Shown here: positions 31,783-37,252 of the stretch, piece by piece
Layout of the letters: the number at the start of each line of letters is the position of its first letter
Position numbering within the stretch: position 1 is the first letter of the stretch
NCBI GenBank assembly: GCA_038058335.1
Contig: JBBUBI010000028.1
Location: 1 to 37,252 of the forward strand
Direction: 5' to 3'
Origin: Patescibacteria group bacterium
Lineage (GTDB): Bacteria; Patescibacteriota; Microgenomatia; Levybacterales; UBA12049
Length of the DNA: 37,252 nucleotides
Notes under the pieces: generated by a model
The model's input: only the letters and a program-made list of their open reading frames with translations
What the model was told of the DNA's origin: nothing
Databases searched by the model: none
Position numbers and translations under genes: made by a program

Positions 31783-31791
31783 ATTATACCA
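31783..31791 (-). promoter_or_regulatory. extended -10 box (TGGTATAAT) for the PBP gene
   Basis: Minus-strand perfect TGnTATAAT, with 7 nt to the A of ATG 31775. Confidence 0.5.
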
Positions 31792-31830
31792 ATACTAGCC
31801 ACTAGTTGCTAGTCGCTTAGTCACTGGCTA

Positions 31831-31839
31831 TGATATACT
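31831..31839 (+). promoter_or_regulatory. extended -10 box (TGATATACT) for tyrS; leaderless geometry
   Basis: TATACT at 31834..31839, with 6 nt to the A of ATG 31846. It is divergent from the PBP promoter. Confidence 0.5.
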
Positions 31840-31845
31840 GAGCTC

Positions 31846-33009
31846 ATGGATAAAATTGAAGAATTACTGACTTGCGGAGTCGCAAATATCATTCCGAGCA
31901 GGGATAAACTCAAAGAACTTCTTACAACTGATAAGAAATTAAACGTTTATTTCGGAATCGATCCAACTGCCACGCGAATTCATTTAGGCCACGCGGTACC
32001 CCTGCGAGTACTTCAGAAATTTTCAGATCTTGGTCATAATGTAACTTTTCTAATCGGCGACTTTACAGCGCTTATCGGTGACACATCCGACAAAGACACT
32101 GAAAGGCCGGTTCTAACTACCGAGCAGATTGAAAAGAATTTCCAAACTTATAGAGATCAAGCTGAGAAAATTTTGGATTTTTCAAACATCAAAGTCAGAT
32201 ACAATAGCGAGTGGCTCGATAATCTTTCATCAAGAGATTTTATAAAACTTGCTCAGCAGTTTTCGTTTGGCGATTTTGCATCGCGCGAACTTGTCAAAAA
32301 AAGACTTTCTTCATCCAAATACGTAGGGCTCCATGAGGGGCTTTATCCTGCGATGCAAGGATACGACAGCTATTTCCTAGATACCGACGTCCAAATCGGA
32401 GGAACCGACCAAACTTTCAATATGCAGGCAGGAAGAATATTGCAAAAAAACTGGAGAGATAAAGAATCTTATGTACTAGCAACTGAATTCCTTCTCGGAA
32501 CAGACGGAAGAAAAATGAGCAAGACCTGGAACAACGCTATTTGGCTTGAGGATAATCCAAATGAAATGTACGTTAAGATAATGGCGATAAATGATGACCT
32601 GATAATTCCGTATTTTACTCTTGCTACTAACCTAGCATTGACCGCAATTGAAAATATAAAAAGCGAATTAGACAGAGGAGGAAGTTTGCTTAATGCAAAA
32701 AAAGAACTCGCTAGACAAATTATAAAAGAGCTCCACGGAGAAAAAGATGCGGAAGATGCAGAGAATAATTTCACCAAAACCCCAGAAGCGCAAATCGTGA
32801 CAGTTGGACATGAAAAAGCAAGTTTAATTGACGCTTTGATATATACAAATCTTGCACAAAGCAAGTCTGATGCAAAAAGATTAATTGAACAGGGTGGAGT
32901 GTCAATTGATGGGAAGGTCAAAAGCGATCCAAGTGAAATTCTGGATCTGGAAAAAGAAAAGGTTATAAAAGTTGGAAAATTCAAATCTGCAAAACTAAAA
33001 TCTTCGTGA
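31846..33009 (+). CDS. tyrS: tyrosyl-tRNA synthetase
   Basis: HIGH-type motif (RIHLGH), KMSKT motif and a C-terminal S4-like domain (KSDAKRLIEQGGVSIDGKV). Confidence 0.9.
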   Translation: MDKIEELLTCGVANIIPSRDKLKELLTTDKKLNVYFGIDPTATRIHLGHAVPLRVLQKFSDLGHNVTFLIGDFTALIGDTSDKDTERPVLTTEQIEKNFQTYRDQAEKILDFSNIKVRYNSEWLDNLSSRDFIKLAQQFSFGDFASRELVKKRLSSSKYVGLHEGLYPAMQGYDSYFLDTDVQIGGTDQTFNMQAGRILQKNWRDKESYVLATEFLLGTDGRKMSKTWNNAIWLEDNPNEMYVKIMAINDDLIIPYFTLATNLALTAIENIKSELDRGGSLLNAKKELARQIIKELHGEKDAEDAENNFTKTPEAQIVTVGHEKASLIDALIYTNLAQSKSDAKRLIEQGGVSIDGKVKSDPSEILDLEKEKVIKVGKFKSAKLKSS

Positions 33010-33015
33010 TAGAAT
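33007..33015 (+). promoter_or_regulatory. extended -10 box (TGATAGAAT) overlapping the tyrS stop
   Basis: Same 9-mer and same spacing as at 26057. 6 nt to the A of ATG 33022. Confidence 0.45.
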
Positions 33016-33021
33016 ATATTT

Positions 33022-33132
33022 ATGGAAATATTTAGAAAGCACCAGTGGGTTTGGAAAATAATTGTAGTCATCGCAACTGTTGCACTTATCGCTACATCAT
33101 TCCTCCCATCTCTGTCTCTGCTTTTTCAATAA
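33022..33132 (+). CDS. candidate 36-aa single-TM peptide (not in the ORF track)
   Basis: ATG 33022 to TAA 33130..33132 encodes MEIFRKHQWVWKIIVVIATVALIATSFLPSLSLLFQ. It is preceded by the TGATAGAAT box and ends 6 nt before recG. Confidence 0.4.
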   Translation: MEIFRKHQWVWKIIVVIATVALIATSFLPSLSLLFQ

Positions 33133-33138
33133 TTATTT

Positions 33139-35205
33139 ATGAACGTAAATACGCCTATCGCAGGAATCGGCGGAATCTACAAGAAGTATGCCGGAAGACT
33201 TGAAAAGCTTGGAATAAAAAAGCTAGAAGATTTTCTTTTTCACATTCCATTCAGATATGAAGACTTTTCTCTGATATCAAAAATCAGTAGCGTCCAAGCA
33301 GGGGAGATAGTCACGATTCAAGGAGAAATTACGGAAATTAAAAATGAATACACAAGAAAATGGAAAAATCTGCAGAAAGCAAAGGTTGCAGATGAAACTG
33401 ATGAGATTGATATCATTTGGTTTAATCAGCCATATATTCCGAAGACTCTAAAAAAAGGCGATCGTGTATCCCTATCAGGCAAAGTTAAATTCGCTCTCAA
33501 TAAGCTCGTCCTCGAAACTCCGGAATTTGAAGTTATAAACGGAAATACAATCCATACCGGTCGTCTCGTGCCAATCTATCCTGAGACACGAGGAATATCT
33601 TCGAAATGGATAAGAAGACAAGTCTATAAGTTACTTCATGAGTCTGATCTCATCTCCATGGATACAATGCCAAATGAGATACTAACGAAAAACTCTTTTA
33701 TGAAACTCGCAGATGCCTTAAATAAAATTCATTTTCCTAACTCTCTTGATGAAGTAGGGGAGGCGAGAAAGAGACTTTCGTTTGACGAACTCTTTATGCT
33801 TCAGCTTAAAGGAATCATAAAAAAAGAAGATTGGAAGAAAAAAACCGTAACAAATAGTTTTAAGATTGTTGATTTTCAAAATAAAATAGAAGAATTTTTG
33901 GAAAGCCTTCCGTTTGAACTAACCAATGCCCAAAAAAAAGCAGTTGAGGAAATTCTTAAGGATCTTAAATCAAAAAAGCCCATGAATAGGCTTCTTGAAG
34001 GAGACGTAGGAAGCGGGAAAACTGTCGTTGCCGCAATTGCGATGCATATCGCTTGCCTCAATGGATTTCAGTCAGTCATAATGGCACCGACTGAAATCCT
34101 AGCAAATCAACATTTCGATACTATCTCCAAACTTCTTACTCCTTTGGGAGTTACCGTCGCTTTAAAAACAGGAAGTATCAAGTATAAAGTAGCAAGTATT
34201 AAGTATAAAAAAGAAAAAATACATAATACAAACTACATAATAAAAAATACTGATATTCTTATTGGAACTCACGCGGTTTTATCAGATAAAATAAACTTTG
34301 ATAAGCTTGGACTTGTAATTATTGATGAACAACAAAGATTTGGAGTAAGACAAAGATCTATTATTAGAGGCAAAGGCAAAAGTCCCCATCTTCTCACTAT
34401 GACCGCAACTCCAATCCCCAGAACAATAGCACTTACTTTGTATGGAGATCTGGATCTCTCATTTCTCGATGAAATGCCTCATGGAAGAAAGATTGTCAAA
34501 ACATGGCTTACGCCTGAAGAGAAGAGAAGCGGAGCATACCAATGGATCGAAAAAGAACTTAAGAAAAATAAATCTCAAGCATTTATAATTTGTCCGTTTA
34601 TTGAGGAGTCTGAGACTATGACTACAGTAAAAGCCGCGACAAAAGAATTTGAAATACTTAAAACCAAGATTTTCCCGAAGCTCAAGCTTGCGCTTTTACA
34701 TGGAAAGCTCAAAAGTAAAGAAAAGGAACAAATTCTTACAGATTTCAAGAATAAAAAATATGACATCTTGGTCGCAACTCCTGTTGTTGAAGTAGGCATC
34801 GATATTCCGAACGCAACTATTATGGTCATCGAAGCATCCGAGCGGTTTGGACTCTCTCAGCTTCATCAGCTTCGGGGAAGAGTGGGGAGGAGTAATATGC
34901 AATCATATTGCTTGTTATTTACTGAGGCAAAAAACACAAAAACACTAGAAAGACTTAGAGGAATGGAAAGAATCCATATCGGAGCAGAACTTGCCGAGCT
35001 TGACCTAAGGCTCAGGGGGCCGGGTGAAATATTTGGAACAACACAGCACGGAATTGCCGAACTTAAAATCGCATCATTTTCCGATTTACCTCTGATTCAA
35101 AAAGCAAAAAAAGAAGCAGAGGATATTTTTCCAAAACTAAAATCATATCCAAAATTATCTGAAAAATTGCAATCAGAAAACCTCTCCCAAATCTCCCCTG
35201 ATTAA
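33139..35205 (+). CDS. recG: ATP-dependent DNA helicase RecG
   Basis: Wedge-like N-terminus and helicase motifs GDVGSGKT, DEQQRFG, TATPIPRT and QLRGRVGR. Confidence 0.92.
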   Translation: MNVNTPIAGIGGIYKKYAGRLEKLGIKKLEDFLFHIPFRYEDFSLISKISSVQAGEIVTIQGEITEIKNEYTRKWKNLQKAKVADETDEIDIIWFNQPYIPKTLKKGDRVSLSGKVKFALNKLVLETPEFEVINGNTIHTGRLVPIYPETRGISSKWIRRQVYKLLHESDLISMDTMPNEILTKNSFMKLADALNKIHFPNSLDEVGEARKRLSFDELFMLQLKGIIKKEDWKKKTVTNSFKIVDFQNKIEEFLESLPFELTNAQKKAVEEILKDLKSKKPMNRLLEGDVGSGKTVVAAIAMHIACLNGFQSVIMAPTEILANQHFDTISKLLTPLGVTVALKTGSIKYKVASIKYKKEKIHNTNYIIKNTDILIGTHAVLSDKINFDKLGLVIIDEQQRFGVRQRSIIRGKGKSPHLLTMTATPIPRTIALTLYGDLDLSFLDEMPHGRKIVKTWLTPEEKRSGAYQWIEKELKKNKSQAFIICPFIEESETMTTVKAATKEFEILKTKIFPKLKLALLHGKLKSKEKEQILTDFKNKKYDILVATPVVEVGIDIPNATIMVIEASERFGLSQLHQLRGRVGRSNMQSYCLLFTEAKNTKTLERLRGMERIHIGAELAELDLRLRGPGEIFGTTQHGIAELKIASFSDLPLIQKAKKEAEDIFPKLKSYPKLSEKLQSENLSQISPD
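34174..34215 (+). repeat. in-frame 21-nt tandem duplication inside recG
   Basis: agtatcaagtataaagtagca followed by agtattaagtataaaaaagaa, encoding SIKYKVA and SIKYKKE. Confidence 0.7.
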
Positions 35206-35208
35206 ATA

Positions 35209-35237
35209 TTGACATACATCTAATCGTTGGTTATGCT
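35209..35237 (+). promoter_or_regulatory. promoter TTGACA-N17-TATGCT upstream of the HD-domain gene
   Basis: TTGACA at 35209..35214 and TATGCT at 35232..35237, with 10 nt to ATG 35248. Confidence 0.5.
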
Positions 35238-35247
35238 TTAGCGGATA

Positions 35248-35991
35248 ATGACAACCTTAGAAAAATCCCCAGCTTACCGACCTCCAATTCCGGAAAACTT
35301 AAGAACAGAATATGAAAGAGGACTCGCAAGAATTCTGAGATGGGAACATGGAATTTTAAGCTCCAGCACGTAAGAATCCGATTTGGATCATGTAAGAGAT
35401 ATGCTTCTTATTCTTGAAGATATCGGACATCAATTTATACATATTCCAAGTGAAGTAAATTTCACTACAGTTTCGCATATGATTTATATCCATGATGCAG
35501 GAGAAATTTTGGCAGGCGATTTGACGCATTCACATCCAAATTACGATGAAGTCAGGCCAAGAGTTAAAAGGAGGGAGGTCGCTGCTTTCAGATTATTATC
35601 AAGATCTTTGGAAGATGAACCAACAAAAACTGCCGTGAGGGATTTGTATAGAAGAGTGCACGCTAAATCTCCTGAAGATAAGGAAGCACAGCTTACGGAT
35701 TACATTGATAAAGTTCAAGCCGTGAGATTTGGTCTTATCAATGTTTTCCCACCTAGCACTATGAAAAATCCAGAGAGAAGACGAATACAGCTGAATCACA
35801 CAATGACCACTCTTTTCAAACCAGCAAATGGATTGGTCAACTCACTTGACTCTTCTTATTCGAGAGCAGAAGCAATAGGACTCATAAAAGAAGAGTTGAG
35901 GAATTTTTTAGTTCAGGGATATAAAAAACACGAAATTCAACCATATCTTGATTTATTCTTGCAAACTTCGGTAAACGGAGCTTCTAAATAA
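35248..35991 (+). pseudogene. HD-domain hydrolase (YfbR-like 5'-nucleotidase pattern) interrupted by an in-frame TAA
   Basis: ATG 35248 ...LARILRWEHGILSSST, TAA at 35371..35373, then ESDLDHVRDMLLI...IHDAGEILAGDL... in the same frame. The RW-x10-ExxxxH and HD...GD motifs span the stop. Confidence 0.6.
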
Positions 35992-36019
35992 AATTGTTGC
36001 AAGTAAAGCTAGATTGAGG

Positions 36020-36025
36020 TAAAAT
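36020..36025 (+). promoter_or_regulatory. -10 box TAAAAT; leaderless geometry for rpmF
   Basis: 6 nt to the A of ATG 36032. TTGCAA lies 17 nt upstream as a possible -35 box. Confidence 0.45.
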
Positions 36026-36031
36026 AGGCAA

Positions 36032-36256
36032 ATGCCACAAGAACCAAAGAAAAGACATTCAAGGCAAAGACAAGGGAAGAGACGACATTCTATAAATTTT
36101 GGAATTCCTCACGGAGTACTCTGTGAGAATTGCGGTGCAAATAATATGCCCCACGTTATCTGCAAGAAATGCGGATTTTATCAGGGAAGGCAAGTTTTGA
36201 ATCTTGAAAAGAAAGTAAAGAATAAAGATGAAGAACCCGCTGGACCCCAGGCATAA
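36032..36256 (+). CDS. rpmF: ribosomal protein L32 with a C-terminal extension
   Basis: MPQEPKKRHSRQRQGKRR... plus a zinc ribbon CENCG...CKKCG. Confidence 0.88.
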   Translation: MPQEPKKRHSRQRQGKRRHSINFGIPHGVLCENCGANNMPHVICKKCGFYQGRQVLNLEKKVKNKDEEPAGPQA

Positions 36257-36581
36257 GAAAAGACAAAAGACAGTAGAGGATCTTTTCAAAAACAGTTTTT
36301 TCAAACAATCAGCAGGCGAAGGCGCAAAGCAGGTAAGACTTAATTTGGATGAAATTGACGAAAGTATTAAAAAAGCTGCGCCTGAATTTCCAATTGATAA
36401 GATCAATAGAGTTGATTTGGCAATACTGAGACTTGCGGTATTTGAACTTATGATTGAAAAAAAAGAACCTCCAAAGGTAATCGTCGATGAAGCAATCGAA
36501 CTTGCCAAGGAATACGGCGGAGACAAAAGTCCTGGATTTGTAAATGGCGCATTGGGCAAAATAGTAGGAAATTTAAAATGA
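36228..36581 (+). CDS. nusB: NusB-like transcription antitermination factor (short)
   Basis: ...RVDLAILRLAVFELMIEKKEPPKVIVDEAIELAKEYGGDKSPGFVNGALGKIV. Overlaps rpmF by 29 nt. Confidence 0.8.
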   Translation: MKNPLDPRHKKRQKTVEDLFKNSFFKQSAGEGAKQVRLNLDEIDESIKKAAPEFPIDKINRVDLAILRLAVFELMIEKKEPPKVIVDEAIELAKEYGGDKSPGFVNGALGKIVGNLK

Positions 36582-36623
36582 TCCTTCGACCTTGCTCAGG
36601 ATCATAGTGAGCTAATCGAATCT

Positions 36624-37252
36624 ATGACTAAACTACCTGATTTTAAAAATAAAGATCTTTTTGAACAGGCTTTTATACACAGATCTTATCTTAATGAGAC
36701 AAAAGAAGCACTTTCTTCAAATGAAAGGCTTGAGTTTCTGGGAGACAGCGTTCTTTCATTTGTAGTTTCTAAATATTTATATTCAAAATATCCAAATTTT
36801 GACGAAGGCATTCTGACCAATCTACGCGCAACTCTCGTAAACACAATCACGCTTGCTCAAGTCGCCAGAGAGCTTAATCTGGGCGATCTCCTTAAGCTCT
36901 CAAAAGGCGAAGAGGAGTCAAAAGGAAGAGAAAATACAAGCCTTCTCGCTGACTCGTTTGAAGCATTTATAGGCGCTTTGTTTTTGGATCAGGGAGCCGA
37001 GGCGGTATCAGATTTCTTAACCGCCGTACTTCTTCCCAAAGCAGAGTTTTTTCTGTCAAAAAAGGCCTTGAAGGATTCAAAAAGTCTGCTTCAGGAATCA
37101 ATACAAGCCAAAAATCAAACCTCACCCGTTTATAAAGTCATTAAGGAGGAAGGACCACCTCACAAGAAGCTATTTACTGTAGGCGCGTATCTTGACGGAA
37201 AATTGCTGGGACAGGGAACAGGCAAGTCAAAACAAGAAGCTGAAAAAGTCGC
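36624..37252 (+). CDS. rnc: ribonuclease III; 3' end runs off the window
   Basis: Own translation from ATG 36624: MTKLPDFKNKDLFEQAFIHRSYLNE...NERLEFLGDSVLSFVVS... (RNase III signature), then the start of the dsRBD ...PVYKVIKEEGPPHKKLFTV.... No stop in the window, so it is absent from the ORF track. Confidence 0.9.
   Translation, partial: MTKLPDFKNKDLFEQAFIHRSYLNETKEALSSNERLEFLGDSVLSFVVSKYLYSKYPNFDEGILTNLRATLVNTITLAQVARELNLGDLLKLSKGEEESKGRENTSLLADSFEAFIGALFLDQGAEAVSDFLTAVLLPKAEFFLSKKALKDSKSLLQESIQAKNQTSPVYKVIKEEGPPHKKLFTVGAYLDGKLLGQGTGKSKQEAEKV

Noticed and set aside
35371-35373. Stop-codon reassignment (an alternative genetic code) as the explanation for the in-frame TAA
   Set aside because: TAA, TAG and TGA all terminate well-conserved genes at the expected positions in this window: thrS ends in TAA, rpmI in TAG, and pilB, rplT, tyrS and nusB in TGA. 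Standard code 11 fits.

Overview
AT-rich bacterial window. The gene content suggests a reduced-genome, CPR/Patescibacteria-like organism, which is an inference from domain-trimmed housekeeping genes, pilus genes and a lamin-tail-domain (LTD) protein. No database search was possible.

Gene order, left to right:
- A thiol-disulfide module: a CcdA-thioredoxin fusion (cut by the window edge) and a membrane-anchored thioredoxin.
- An XRE regulator with a small membrane protein.
- A type IV pilus operon: pilB, pilC, four prepilin-like minor pilins (one of 968 aa) and a bitopic membrane protein.
- A tandemly duplicated major-pilin cassette whose second copy has lost its downstream gene through a 116-nt deletion.
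- A secreted thermonuclease-Excalibur protein and an LTD protein.
- A five-tRNA array.
- Two paralogous lysozyme-like genes.
- tRNA-Leu(TAG).
- A patch of orphan genes, including XRE and DUF3800-like genes.
- Trigger factor.
- A nested pair of tRNA-Val genes.
- The block thrS-infC-rpmI-rplT-(leader peptide)-pheS-pheT.
- A PBP1A-type gene, tyrS and recG.
- An HD-hydrolase gene interrupted by a stop codon.
- rpmF-nusB-rnc, with rnc cut by the window edge.

Most notable observations:
1. An intact tRNA-Val(GAC) is embedded at the 31/32 junction of a second tRNA-Val(GAC)-like gene. The separated halves of that outer gene still form all four cloverleaf stems.
2. A 14-aa Phe-rich leader peptide with a four-segment attenuator lies between rplT and pheS.
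3. A recurrent TGnTAnnnT extended -10 box sits 6-7 nt upstream of start codons, implying widespread leaderless mRNAs.
4. The pilus operon lies next to the nuclease and LTD genes, suggesting an extracellular DNA capture module.

No CRISPR array, rRNA gene, transposase or integrase was seen. All functional calls rest on motifs read by eye.
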